DNA of 63,867 nt, the filler included, from Octopus bimaculoides (Eukaryota), in assembly GCF_001194135.2 (NCBI RefSeq). It is 5 parts of 5 records of this genome, joined end to end, with 100 filler letters (N's around TTAATTAATTAA, not from the genome) between each part and the next. Parts side by side here need not be neighbours in the genome. Positions count along the whole stretch, not along the records: positions 1 to 27,631 come from NC_068984.1; positions 27,732 to 35,160 come from NC_068986.1; positions 35,261 to 55,125 come from NC_068981.1; 2 more parts are not named here. The stretch is one strand, 5' to 3'. Position 1 is the first letter of the stretch. Every line of letters begins with the position of its first letter. The notes under the pieces are model-generated. The model was not told the DNA's origin and searched no databases. It saw only the letters and a program-made list of their open reading frames with translations. This document shows positions 23,390 through 35,300 of the stretch, in pieces. Both the position numbers and the translations under genes were made by a program.

Positions 23390-23635
23390 GGAAATCTCGG
23401 ACCACTGATAAGGCGTTTGCAAATCTGGTACCTAAAAGACACCTTCAGCTTCATATCTATTATTATTGCATCAACAGTATACATACCAAACTATCTGGAG
23501 CAAAGTATAGCTGAACTTGGGATCCTGTGAAGAGAATGAAATCCTTAATTCGTATGCTTGCAATTGATCGCGATATCTAGGACTATAAAAATCTGAAAAC
23601 ATTTCTTAAAATTTAAAGAATGATGGTTAAAAGAA
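23390..23635 (+). mobile_element. 3' fragment of an RLE-type non-LTR retrotransposon, same family as 31275-33700
   Basis: GPLIRRLQIWY..DTFSFISIII...YIPNYLEQSIAELG...SLIRML...TIKI*KTFLKFKE* aligns by eye to the minus ORF 31365-31595. Confidence 0.75.
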
Positions 23636-23727
23636 GATACTTTCCTTTACAACCTTTTGACTAAGTCGGTGGCCGGTCAAAATTTAAAAAGAGAAAGAGA
23701 AAACATGCAGCATGCATGCATACATAC

Positions 23728-23982
23728 TGTTGTGGAAGGATCCTGACCACCCCCACATGACTGAAAGTGGACTAACGCATTTTAATGAAATAAAGAAACT
23801 GTGAGTAGTTGACAGCGTTGATCATCCGTATTGGTTACTGAGTTAGTTTAATATCGTGACTACGTTTGGAGTAGTCCTGTGTAAGCATATAAATTCTGCG
23901 AAAAGTTATTCAAGATAGCCATATCCAAATATTTGGTTTGTTAACGCTATACTTACACTCAACGTGTACACACGTCATAACA
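23728..23982 (+). mobile_element. Putative 5' LTR of the Gypsy element
   Basis: Starts TGTTG, ends ATAACA, followed by TTTT and a PBS-like TGGCG at 23987. No 3' LTR is visible to confirm it. Confidence 0.5.
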
Positions 23983-24384
23983 TTTTTGGCGAGAGATATT
24001 CGAACCCATGCTGGACAGATTGTTGTTTCAACATGGAAGATATACTACCTTCAGGAATTGAATTACAGAAGTAAAAACATTAACAACAACATCAACAGTA
24101 ACAATAGCAGTTGTTGGAATTGCAGAAGCAAAAGCAACTGTCAGTATAACTGCTACTCAACAAAACAGAAAATACATCGAGTTTGTTCATCCCTGATACG
24201 GTCGCAAACTCCATCGGTTAGTTAACATGTAACCCAGATGAGGGTACTACCTTTCCTGTTTACTTTAGAAGGTATGGGAAAGTTGCTAGAGTAGAATGCT
24301 CCGGCTGGCAAGACGAAAACAAACGTTATATTTCGCAGTTAGACTATAACAGCGAAAGCTTATGTATTAAATAATACAAGTAAC

Positions 24385-25510
24385 CATTTTGGAACTGACT
24401 GGACGAAACTGTTCGACTTATGGGATTTACCGATGAATAATTTTTGTAAAAATGTAATAGAGGCGTGCGCCAATTCAAACACAGAGTCAGAAAAGTTTTT
24501 TAAAATAAGTGAAAAGGTTGTTCCCTGATGCTTCTTCGGACAAGTTGGGTCGGTGCAATAAATTTAAAGCCAAATTTCAGGTGAAAGAAAATTCATTACC
24601 GGTTTTCAAACCCAAACGTAATGTACAGTTTGCAGCACTGGAACAAGTGAATAAGGAATTAAATAGACTGGAAAAAATGGGAGTGGTTGAAAAGATCGAC
24701 TACTCATATTGGGCGTCTCCAACAGTGTATGTTAAAAAGAAAAAGAAAATTCGATTATGTGCAGATTTCTCGACGGGACTAAACGGATGTTTAGGGAAGT
24801 ATAACTACCTATTACCTAACCCAGAAGAAATATTCTCGAAACTAAATGGTGATAAATTGTTCTCGAAATTAGATCTTTCTGATGCTTATTTACAAACACA
24901 AATGGAAGACGACTGTACCAAACTTCTAACAATTAATACCCATAAAAGTCTGTACAAATTTAACCGGCTTCCGTTTGGCATAAAAGTTGTTCCGGCTATG
25001 CTCTAACAAGCGATGGATACGATGCTTACAGAGTGTGACTTCGCGATGGCCTACCTAGGGGATATATTAATTAAAAGTGAATCCCGGGATCAGCATGTCG
25101 AGCATGTAAAATGTGTTTTTAAAAAATAAGAGATTACGGTTTCACACAGAGTGAGGAGAAATGTGAATTTTTATTACCTAAAATTCAGTATTTAGGACAA
25201 ATCATTGACAAAAAATGGCCGTCGACCAGATCTGTCGAGGTCTGTTGCGATTAAAAATATGCCCCCTCGAACAGACTTTTTTTGGGACCTGCAAACTATT
25301 ATCAAATTTATATACCAAATACGCACAAGGTAAGCGCTCCACTAAATAATCTATCAAAAAAAGATGTAAAGTGGAATTTGTCTGAAGATTGTCAGAATGC
25401 ATTCGACGAAATATAAAGGTATTAACACCTGATTTGTCTTTAGCATATTTCGATCCAGAAATGGAGTTTAGTAGCTTAAGATGCTAGTGAGTACAGTATC
25501 GGAATAGTAA
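24385..25510 (+). mobile_element. Ty3/Gypsy LTR retrotransposon pol pseudogene (protease end, RT, RNase H start)
   Basis: FGTDWTKLFDLW; ORF 24509-25006 with WASPTVYVKK, IRLCADFS, FSKLDLSDAYLQ and YKFNRLPFG; stop, then AYLGD (YLDD mutated), YLGQII and DASEYSIG. Confidence 0.93.
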
Positions 25511-26169
25511 TCTTAATATATAAAATACTCTGTCTGTATGTGTGTCCTCAGTGCATGCTCAAAGCTCTTGATCAATCTGTACCATACTTGGGGTACATGA
25601 ATAATTTGACCTTGGAAAGAATAATACGGTCTTGATTTTTTTTTTTTTAATTAAAAATAAATAATATTGCTTTATATTTAAAGATTCACTTCTTCAAATC
25701 GTTTTCTCANNNNNNNNNNNNNNNNNNNNNNNNNNNNNNNNNNNNNNNNNNNNNNNNNNNNNNNNNNNNNNNNNNNNNNNNNNNNNNNNNNNNNNNNNNN
25801 NNNNNNNNNNNNNNNNNNNNNNNNNNNNNNNNNNNNNNNNNNNNNNNNNNNNNNNNNNNNNNNNNNNNNNNNNNNNNNNNNNNNNNNNNNNNNNNNNNNN
25901 NNNNNNNNNNNNNNNNNNNNNNNNNNNNNNNNNNNNNNNNNNNNNNNNNNNNNNNNNNNNNNNNNNNNNNNNNNNNNNNNNNNNNNNNNNNNNNNNNNNN
26001 NNNNNNNNNNNNNNNNNNNNNNNNNNNNNNNNNNNNNNNNNNNNNNNNNNNNNNNNNNNNNGTGAGTGAGTGAGTGAGAAGTTTCATAAGGAGATTTCAT
26101 TTAATTGATTGATTGTCAACAGAGCATAACTACAGATTTCTGCCCCACCTCCACCGATTTTGGATGATC

Positions 26170-27150
26170 ATAATGGATATTTTTTAATGTAATTTTCTAC
26201 GAATATGTGTTGTATCATGTAGATTCCAAATATACAAAATTTTGAGGGGAAAGTTTTTTAGGAGGATTGGGGGTTGATTTTCGGAAATTTCACCGGAGTC
26301 CAATTCGCTTAACTTTCAGGAAAATGGATATTTTTTAATGAAATTGTCTACAAAGATGCTTTGGACTATGTAGATTCCGAGTATACAGGAATTTGTTGGC
26401 AGGGAAAGACAGTTGGGGGTTATCTTTGAGAACTGTTCCCCACTCGGGAGTGTTTCGGAACAAGTAGTCCATATTTGTTACATTTTCTCTGTTTTGTGGG
26501 TTTGTGCATCCGTAGATAAAGTATAATTTGTTACATAATCTCTATAATAAACATGATATTGAATGGAATAATTCCCCGTTTGAACTATATATTTATATAT
26601 GTGTGTTTATATATGCATTATATATGTGTGTGTGAGGACACTGAGAATAAGGATGCCACCCTTTGTGCTTTTTCTCCTTTGGATTCCGACCTTGTCTCCA
26701 ACGGAGAATATGCAAAAAAAAAATCTACTCTTAGACTCTTTAATACACCCCTCCTTAACTTTACAATTTTCCCCGAAATTTTACGACTAGGGTTAAGGGT
26801 TATATACGGATGCACAAACACACAAAACGGAGAAACTGAAACAAATATGGACAACTTGTTCTGAACCCCACCTCCCAGTGGGGAACAGTTCACAAAAATA
26901 ACCCCCAATTGTTTTCCCCCAAAATTCTATATGCTTGGAATGTACATAGTCCGAGGTATATTTATAAACAATTTCATTCAAAAATATCCATTGCCCTGAA
27001 ATTTAAGACGAATTGACGTGGAATCCAGTGAATTTTCCGAAAATCCTCTCTATCCCCTCCTAAAACACCCCCTCCAATTTTATATATTCGGAATCTACAT
27101 GATATAACACATATTTGTCGAAAATGTCATTAAAAGTATTCATTTTTCTG
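26170..27150. repeat. Two inverted ~350-bp copies (26170-26520 and 26800-27150), each built of ~150-bp subrepeats
   Basis: GAACTGTTCCCCACT...GAACAAGT[A/T]GTCCATATTTGTT...TTTGTGCATCCGTA occurs on plus at ~26430-26515 and on minus at ~26805-26890. ATGGATATTTTTTAATG...ATGTAGATTCC occurs twice per arm. Confidence 0.8.
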
Positions 27151-27223
27151 AAAGTTATCATCATCCAAGGTCTGGGGGCGGGGCAGAAAGTCTGTTGTGA
27201 GATGGTACCAACTGCTAATGATC

Positions 27224-27366
27224 TGTGAGCGAGCCATCTTAGCTCCACATAATGATGCTGTCAACAAAATCAACTGGGATCTCTTGAAGCTGTTGCCCGG
27301 ATATTGATCAGGACCAGGCTGTAGTTTTTCCAGCTGAGTTCCTGAACTCTCTAAAGCTATCTGGCC
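27224..27366 (+). mobile_element. Helitron helicase fragment
   Basis: CERAILAPHNDAVNKINWDLLKLLPG and, after a deletion/frameshift, DQDQAVVFPAEFLNSLKLSG. Confidence 0.8.
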
Positions 27367-27631
27367 GAACTTGTCCTATCTCTCAACTGCTTCTCGTTCG
27401 CGGGAGATATCTACCAGCAAAAATCGGGAGTGGCCATGGGGACGAGAATGGGCCCCAACTACGCGAACCTCTTCGTTGGTTATGTTGAGGCCCAAATATC
27501 CTCCAGTTTCACTGGTCCCACTCCCGAACTATACGGTCGGTATATCGACGACTGTATCGGTGCCACCTCTCTCTCCCGCGAACATCTTGACTCGTTCCTC
27601 TCTTTCGTTCAATCTTTCCATCCTGCCCTCC
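27361..27631 (+). mobile_element. Penelope-like element reverse transcriptase fragment, 5'-truncated and running into a gap
   Basis: Open frame LAELVLSLNCFSFAGDIYQQKSGVAMGTRMGPNYANLFVGYVE...YGRYIDDCIGATS...FHPAL, with PLE-type AMGT.MGP.YANLF and RYIDD motifs. Confidence 0.9.
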
Positions 27632-27731
27632 NNNNNNNNNNNNNNNNNNNNNNNNNNNNNNNNNNNNNNNNNNNNTTAATTAATTAANNNNNNNNNNNNN
27701 NNNNNNNNNNNNNNNNNNNNNNNNNNNNNNN
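27632..27731. other. Artificial scaffolding spacer (44 N, TTAATTAATTAA, 44 N); also at 35161-35260, ~55126-55225 and 62071-62170
   Basis: Identical 12-mer with stops in all six frames, centred in 100-bp N blocks at 27676, 35205, 55170 and 62115. Confidence 0.95.
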
Positions 27732-27746
27732 ATTTGCTGTTTTACC

Positions 27747-27810
27747 TTAACCCTAACCCTAACCCCAACCCTAACCCTAGGGTTAGGGTTAGGGTTAGGG
27801 TTAGGGTTAG
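27747..27810. repeat. Interstitial telomeric palindrome (CCCTAA)~5-(TTAGGG)~5
   Basis: TTAACCCTAACCCTAACCCCAACCCTAACCCT|AGGGTTAGGGTTAGGGTTAGGGTTAGGGTTAG, centre at 27778/27779. Confidence 0.92.
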
Positions 27811-28085
27811 CCTATAATAGAAAGGTTTATTAGCTACTGCCAATATGCTTCAGCCATTTTTTGACAAGGAAATAATAATTTTATCACCGATAGAATTGTT
27901 TCAGAATCGTTTGTTTATGTAGTCGGCACTTAATGTATATCGGCTGAATGGACGTCAGTGATTGGTTGAAATTACAGAAATACGACAACTTTAACATGGA
28001 ATAACTTAGGGATTTCTTTTTTTTTAAAGAAGACTAAGAGAAAAAGATGTTTTATATGACACATTCTACCAGTGTTCCAAGTTTC

Positions 28086-28116
<31 letters not shown>

Positions 28117-28428
28117 TCTTTTTATTTTTTTTATCTTTTACTTGTTTTAGTTATTTGACTGCAGCCATGCTGGCGTTTTAGTCGAACAAATTAACCCCTT
28201 TTTTAAACCTAGTACTATATGTATACACACATACGTGCATATACATAGATACACACACATTACATGCACATGTACATATATATGTTTGGCTGTACACGCC
28301 TGAAACTGAACCCAATAAATACAGAAGAGTTTATTTGTCTGAAATAGTGATTCGCTACTCCCAGTATCATGTTACTTTGTCTCTCTTTCACTCTTTTTAT
28401 CTTTCTATCGTTACATTCATTGTTACAC

Positions 28429-28429
<1 letters not shown>

Positions 28430-28492
<63 letters not shown>

Positions 28493-28554
28493 GCATACTT
28501 ACAAAAATACACTCACATGCGTACACACACACACACATACACGCACAGACACAG

Positions 28555-28632
<78 letters not shown>
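28430..28632. repeat. (TCTA)n and long (CA)n microsatellites
   Basis: Direct reading of the sequence. Confidence 0.95.
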
Positions 28633-28635
<3 letters not shown>

Positions 28636-29198
28636 AGCACTCACACATAACTGTATGCATGTATATATATGAACGGTTTTGCATTTTGTGTGAATGTCTG
28701 AGTTGTGAATATATATATATGTATATATACAAACGTATATACACACACGTACACATGTGTATACGTGTAAAAGTATGGGAGTGTATGTGTATTTGTCGTG
28801 TACAGATATTTTGTCACAGTTCCAATCCGTCTGATCCCTATTTCCTCTTAAGACTTAAACAACTAATGTAACCCTTATGGTCCTTTTTATTATCAATTAA
28901 CTGTTCTAAGACCAACAAACTCCCTTTTTTTCCTCTACAGATGTGCTGAGATATGGGTGGGTGGACTTCTGGAAATAGATATGAAGGCGGCAGTGTGATG
29001 CCAATAGGGATCTGGGATTATGGGTTTTAGTATTGCGAATAGCAGGGTTTTATTTTAATACATAACAGCTTCAGACAATGTTACGTACTCACTCACACAA
29101 ACATAAATATACGGTTACACACATACATATATACTTACATACATACAAAAATACATACGTGCATACGTACATTAATTGTACATACATACATACATACA

Positions 29199-29232
<34 letters not shown>

Positions 29233-29681
29233 CGTACGTACCTACATAAATACATACATACGTACATACATAGTACATGCATACATACGTACATACATAC
29301 ATACATACATACATACAACTTTGAACCGCAACTCCTTGAATCTTACAAGTGTCAAAAATCCAGCTTTTCGTGTGAATCTGCGTGCGTATATGTGTGTGTA
29401 TACGCAAGCACATATACGCATGCATATACATGCATACACATATATGCGTGTCTATAAATAAATACGTGTGTGTGTGTATATATACACACATATACATATA
29501 TATACACATGATTATATATATATATATATATAAGCAGTTATGTATATAATCTACAGTATGTGTATGTGTATGTGTATATATGTGTATATGCATATATATA
29601 TATGTGTGTGTGTGTGTATACATGCACACAAATTCATTTACATAGTCAAAGTCATACATGTGCACCTCGGAGTGTGCCTGT

Positions 29682-29718
<37 letters not shown>

Positions 29719-30255
29719 TGTGTTTATGGATATGTTAAGTATATATAGAGTGAGCCTATATTTATCAAGAAAGGGCAGGATGCGTGAGTTTATGATAAGA
29801 AGGGGTTTGAAAGATGTTTGTCAGACAGAGTAATGAGTGATCTACAAAGAACACCTATGGACGTGGAAGGAATAAGATAGCGGTGACATGTCGCTGGAAT
29901 TTGTTGTTAAAAATGGAAGGAAGTATGGAGAATAAAAGATAACAGAACACGAGACAAAAAAATAATCGTGCAACGTGTGACAGGCAGATAAATAAATAAA
30001 TAAAAACAAAGCGTTGGCGTTGTCTTATCATTTCTGGGTCTGTTTCAAAATTTCTTACCGAGAAAGAAAACGATCTAGTTTGCAACCCATTAAGAAAGTT
30101 CCTTCACTGGTATTTAGGCTTCAACATCTCACAGACGAGTATGTATGTATGTATGTATGTATGTATGTATGTATGTATGTATGTATGTATGCATGTATGT
30201 ATGTATGTATGTATGTATGTATGTATGTATGTATGTGCGTGTGTGTGTGTGTGTG

Positions 30256-30476
30256 CGAGGGGTTGCTGAAATGTTCCTGGTTTTAAGGGTGTCGGGAAAG
30301 GGCTGGTGTTGGAGGCCCTACTTTCTGAGTCCCTTTACAGAGCTTAGTAAAACTGAAGGACTGCTGCAATAAGTGTGTGAATCTGAGTGTGGAATACATT
30401 GAATAAAATCATAATTAACTGATCCTCCCGTATTTTCTTTTACCCAAAGTCAAGAACTTTTCAGCACCTCCTCCTA
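30256..30476 (+). mobile_element. Mariner-derived MITE (internal deletion derivative)
   Basis: TIRs CGAGGGGTTGCTGAAATGTTCCTGGTTTT and AAAGTCAAGAACTTTTCAGCACCTCCTCC-TA; retains the transposase C-terminus NKCVNLSVEYIE*. Confidence 0.8.
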
Positions 30477-31050
30477 TGTATGTATGTATGTATGTGTGCA
30501 TGTATGTAAAACAAATAATAAATGAGTATATGCATATATACGTACAAGTATGTGCATACCTACATCTACCTGTATATATAGGTGCATATCTGGGTACAGG
30601 ACGTTGCAAACAAAACGTAGACAAAAAAATAATAATAACCAGAGTACAGAAAACACACAGGCCACNNNNNNNNNNNNNNNNNNNNNNNNNNNNNNNNNNN
30701 NNNNNNNNNNNNNNNNNNNNNNNNNNNNNNNNNNNNNNNNNNNNNNNNNNNNNNNNNNNNNNNNNNNNNNNNNNNNNNNNNNNNNNNNNNNNNNNNNNNN
30801 NNNNNNNNNNNNNNNNNNNNNNNNNNNNNNNNNNNNNNNNNNAAATTATGTGTATATTGAACGCTGTGAAGCAACGAACTGGAAGGAAGCGGGACGAAGT
30901 AGGTTCGTATGTTTGCTTGGCGATAGCCAAGGAAGAAAAGAATTAGTAGCTGGACATATGTGACCAGCGAGGGGTAAGGAGAAAGAGTAGTAGAGGGAGA
31001 AAAAAGGGGAGGAAGCAGAAAATAGGTGAGCAACGAGAGAAAGAGAGGAA

Positions 31051-31208
31051 GAGAGAGATATAGTATTAACAGAAGGAAGAACGAGAGGGGGAAAGAGAGA
31101 GATATAGTATTAACAGAAGGAAGAACGAGAGGGGGAAAGAGAGAGATATTGTAGTAACAGAAGGAAGAACGAGAGGAGGAAAGAGAGAGATATAGTAGTA
31201 ACAGAAGG
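31051..31208. repeat. 44-bp minisatellite, ~3.6 copies
   Basis: GAGAGAGATATAGTATTAACAGAAGGAAGAACGAGAGGGGGAAA-type units start at 31051, 31095, 31139 and 31183. Confidence 0.9.
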
Positions 31209-31274
31209 ATGTATGCTCTTTTTTTTTTATTTAGAGTAAATTTTGACCGACTACCTACTTGGTAGCAAGATTGT

Positions 31275-33700
31275 GAAGGAAAGTACATTGTTTAGTTCAT
31301 CATCGTTCAAATCTTAAGAATGCTTCGTTGTAAGGTTATGAAGGAAAGCACTTTGTTTCGTTCATCATTCTTTAAATCTTAAGAAGGTCTTGCAGATTTT
31401 TATAGTCCCAGATATTGTGATCATTTGCAGCGAATGAATTAAAGATTTGCGTTCGCTCCCCTGGAACCCAAGTTCAGTCATACTTTGCTCCAGACGGGTT
31501 GGTATGTACCCTGTTGATCCAATAATAACAATAAGGATGAAGCTGAAAGTGTATCTTGGGTACTGGATTTGCAAACTCTTTATCAATTTTACCATTTGGT
31601 TCTCCTCTTTCTCTTGTATTTTTTCTAATCACACTGGTGTCCAGATGGTAGACGAATTTCACAACAGAACATATCTTTTCATCGTGGTCCCACTCAACAA
31701 TATTTGGTCAGTTGTTTTTTAAACTTGGTGGCTGATTTAATTTTTAAGTTCCGCCAAAATATTTTTGACCCATCGGTCTTAATATAGTCAACTTTGTCTA
31801 GGTATTTCCTCTTTTGTTAACCTGTTTCAAACTGTTCTGTCCGCCACATCAGGTCTCACGGAAAGATAATATCTGGAAGACATTCTCTCGTACTTGACAA
31901 TAATGCAGTTGATGTCTTCGGTCTTAGTTCTGTGCAGACTACATTTGTTATCTAATAAGTGTTTTCTGCTTTTTATGTTGTAAGTACTTGGTGGGGATCT
32001 TCTGTTCTTGAATTGCATGGGGGGTAGCCTTCGAAGTAGGATGTCATAAGTATAAAGTAGGACGTCATAAGCATGTCGGTAGTCCGTGCCAAGCTTTTAA
32101 CGTGATCAATTCCTTCTATGGTTTGTGTTTTTCGTACCAAGTTCTATATTCTCAGTGAACTGGCCAATGTTTCTAATTTTATTCTAATAAATAGATTTTA
32201 CTAATGCTCCTTGGTGTGTGTGTGTGTTCTCTTCTATCTTTAATTATTTGAAATCTTGTAAGAAAAGAGTTGTCTTTTTTTAACAAAGCTTCATCTGTTT
32301 TCTTTCTTTCTTTTTTTTTTTGTTTACAAAGCTCCATCATTGGAAAACAAAAACAAAGTCACATTTCAAACTCGCATATTTTTACTGTCAGAATGGTATT
32401 TCCCTCCTGTGAACCAATGACGCAGTCTTGTGATTTCCTTAGAATACGACAAATGATTCGCTTGTGTGCATTTATGTACACACAATATCACAGAGAAACA
32501 TATCTCTATCATACTTTAGCCTAACTGTAAAACATAACCACTTCCGGTGTTTTACTACAGGATAGTTGTCCAGGACAAAACCAGGTTATCTATTACACTG
32601 ATCATGATCTCTGGGAACTTTGGCAAGTCGAAGGGTTTCTATCCCCTTGTGTCTCGACATCTCTGACACTACAGTTTTATTGATTACTCACTGCTCAACG
32701 TATTCCCAAACACTTTTCTTCTTAGCTGCCTATTCAACAGCTATGATACTGTTTTTATCTTAGTGACCCTTGAGAAGAAGGTTCAAATAGCATCTACACA
32801 ATTTGTACAATGAATTCTGGCATGCAATTCATTGGTGGTTCTTTGATGTGGGATTCGTTGCATTTTTAGTATTTTGCTTGTTTTAACGAATGCCAGTCAG
32901 TTTGGCGTATTTCTATCCCCCGAGACAGCTTGGTGGTAGAGGTCGATGAGATGCCCGAACAGACGTTCGGTTTTTGCATTAGTAGTCGACAATCAAAGTC
33001 TTTATTGGTACTTTTCCATCCTGTGGACTTTTTATCACAGTTTTGAGGCAAAACTGATGCCGTATAATTTTCGTGAATTACTGAGATATATATTCTTGCC
33101 ACACTATATCATGGTTAAACGCTTTCTTCTCACTTTAGAGTTTTCTCCACAATGAATTAATGCCTTTCTGAAAAGGTACCTTTGTGATTTTTAATGACCT
33201 TTCCCGTATCTCTCCGTTGAGTAATGACTGACTTTCACCGAACCTCATATTAATCATATTGCTTTCAGCTGTTAAACTTTAACTCTTGTTTTAGAGTGAT
33301 CAATTTATACCGAGGTATTTTCTATTTGTTGTTTGACAAAGATGATTTCTGATTTTCAATCGTTTCTGACAAGTTTAGTAATTTGCTTGCTTTGCTTTGG
33401 AAGCCTCACCACATAGCTGATAGTCTTTTGGTAATCAGCGGTCTATTTTCCTTTCTATTTTTCTAAATCCATGATGGCATTATTCTAAATTATTTTGGTT
33501 TGTTTAGTTCTTCAGAATCGACAGGATATTACTTAACATTTGTGGAAAGCGCACATCAACGAGCGTTTATTTTCCAAATGAAGAGCTAGTATTCCTGTAA
33601 TTCATTGCTGCTAATGTAATTATTCACTGTCAAAATCAATGCAGTGGTTCTCTTATCATTACAAGTCAAATAACATCTTTCTTGCAGCAGAGTTTTAAAA
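31275..33700 (-). mobile_element. Degenerate non-LTR retrotransposon with restriction-like endonuclease (R2/NeSL/R4/HERO-type)
   Basis: RT remnants (IACQNSLYK, *AAKKKSVWEYVEQ*VINKT), AIQEQKIPTKYL, decayed CCHC finger (NKCSLH..EDINCII...MSSRYYL), RLE motif N*PNIVEWDHDEKICSVV, and C-terminus SGTIKICKTFLRFKE* with stop at 31365. Confidence 0.8.
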
Positions 33701-34349
33701 ACGAGATAATACTTTCTCGAAATATTTTTGTATGAATTCTTTTCAATTGTTTCTATACTTCGCTCTCCGTGTTCACAATCTACTTAGCATCTTGGTTGTT
33801 GTTATAGTCACTGATCAGTTAGATATGCTCTACTGAAATGTAACAGCAACACTTCAGATAAGACCTGTTATCATATAAGGACTCCCTATAAGTGTTCTTG
33901 AAATATGTTCGTTTACTGCTATTTGTATACTCTTTACACGTTTCGGAATAAAATACAATCATCACTCGCCTACTGGTGTTTAACAAATGTTGTTTGTTTG
34001 CGCAAACTCTGGATCATATCAGTCACTAAAACTTTCGATTCTTTTCACATATATAGCCAACGAAGGTATCTTCCTTTGTTTTTTTTAAATAGTATTTGAA
34101 TTATTCTTTATACTTTATACTTTTCGCTTCTTCTATAAAACTATGTTTACCTTTGTTTTACTGCTTTCTTTTCTTTTTTTTTTTTGGTGGTGGTGATGGG
34201 TTTATTCTCCGATGTTGTTGATGTTCTGGGATCCAAACATGTTGTTTCTGGTAAATGCCTGCATGATGACTTCAAGTTGAGACGAATATTACTTTAATAT
34301 TCAATAAAAGCTTTGTTTAACAAATGTGTTCAGGGGTACAATCAACTCC

Positions 34350-35160
34350 TTAACAAACCTGGTAACTGTGTTAATATTGGTTTCAGACTTTACCTCAAGG
34401 TCAGCAATTTCGGGGATGGGGCGGAGTCGATTATATTGACCCCAGTGTTCAACTGGTACTTATTTTATCGACCTCGAAGGGATGAAAAGTAAAGTCGACC
34501 TGGGGCAGAATTTAAACTCAGAAGTAGAAAGACGAAATGCCGCTAGGCATTTTGCTCTCCTTTAGATGTACTAATATTAGCATGAATTAAGGAGGCGAGC
34601 TGGCAGAAACATTAGCACGCCGGGCAAAATGCTTAGCGGTATTTCGTCTGTCTTTTTGTTCTGAGTTCAAATTCCGCCGAAGCCGACTTTGCCTTTCATC
34701 CTTTTGGAGTCGATAAATTAAGCACCAGTTGCATACTGGGGTAGATCTAATCGACTACCCCTATCCCCCAAAATTTCGGGCCTTGTACCTAGAGTAGAAA
34801 AGAATATTAGAATGAATTAAGGCGGCGAGCTGGCAGAAACGTTAGCACGCCGGGCGAAATGCTTAGCGGTATTTCGTCTGTCTTTACGTTCTGAGTTCAA
34901 ATTCCACCAAGGTCGACTTTGCCTTTCATTCTTTCGGGGTCGATGAATTAAGTACCAGTCGCGAACTGACCTCCTTCCTAAAATTTTCGGGCCATGTACC
35001 TAGGGTAGAAACGAATATTAGAATGAATATAAGGCGGTGAACTGGCGGAGTCGTTAGCACGCCGGGGAAAATGCTCAGCGGCATTTTGTCCGTCTTCACG
35101 TTCTGAGTTCACATTCCGCCGCGGTCGACTTTGCCTTTCATCCTTTCGAGATCGATAAAA
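34350..35160. mobile_element. SINE family C cluster: one minus copy (~34350-34555) plus three head-to-tail plus copies (34591, 34821, 35033)
   Basis: Each copy has GGCGGCGAGCTGGCAGAA.CGTTAG (A box), CTGAGTTCAAATTCC (B box) and GACTTTGCCTTTCATCC. Confidence 0.9.
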
Positions 35161-35260
35161 NNNNNNNNNNNNNNNNNNNNNNNNNNNNNNNNNNNNNNNN
35201 NNNNTTAATTAATTAANNNNNNNNNNNNNNNNNNNNNNNNNNNNNNNNNNNNNNNNNNNN

Positions 35261-35300
<40 letters not shown>

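Noticed and set aside
23987-24006. Full 18-nt tRNA primer-binding site TGGCGAGAGATATTCGAACC
   Set aside because: The TTCGAACC block is about 5 nt too close to TGG for a canonical tRNA 3' complement; only PBS-like, so no primer tRNA is assigned.
27676-27687. TTAATTAATTAA islands inside N runs (also 35205, 55170, 62115) as a conserved motif
   Set aside because: Always centred in a 100-bp N block and stops all six frames: a scaffolding linker, not biology.
27747-27810. Ancestral telomere-telomere chromosome fusion site
   Set aside because: The order is (CCCTAA)n then (TTAGGG)n, opposite to a fusion scar, and the tract is only ~64 bp.
31051-31208. CRISPR-like array (also the 34.6-kb SINE trimer and 59.7-kb 80-bp units)
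   Set aside because: Units are contiguous without unique spacers, no cas genes are present, and the DNA is eukaryotic.
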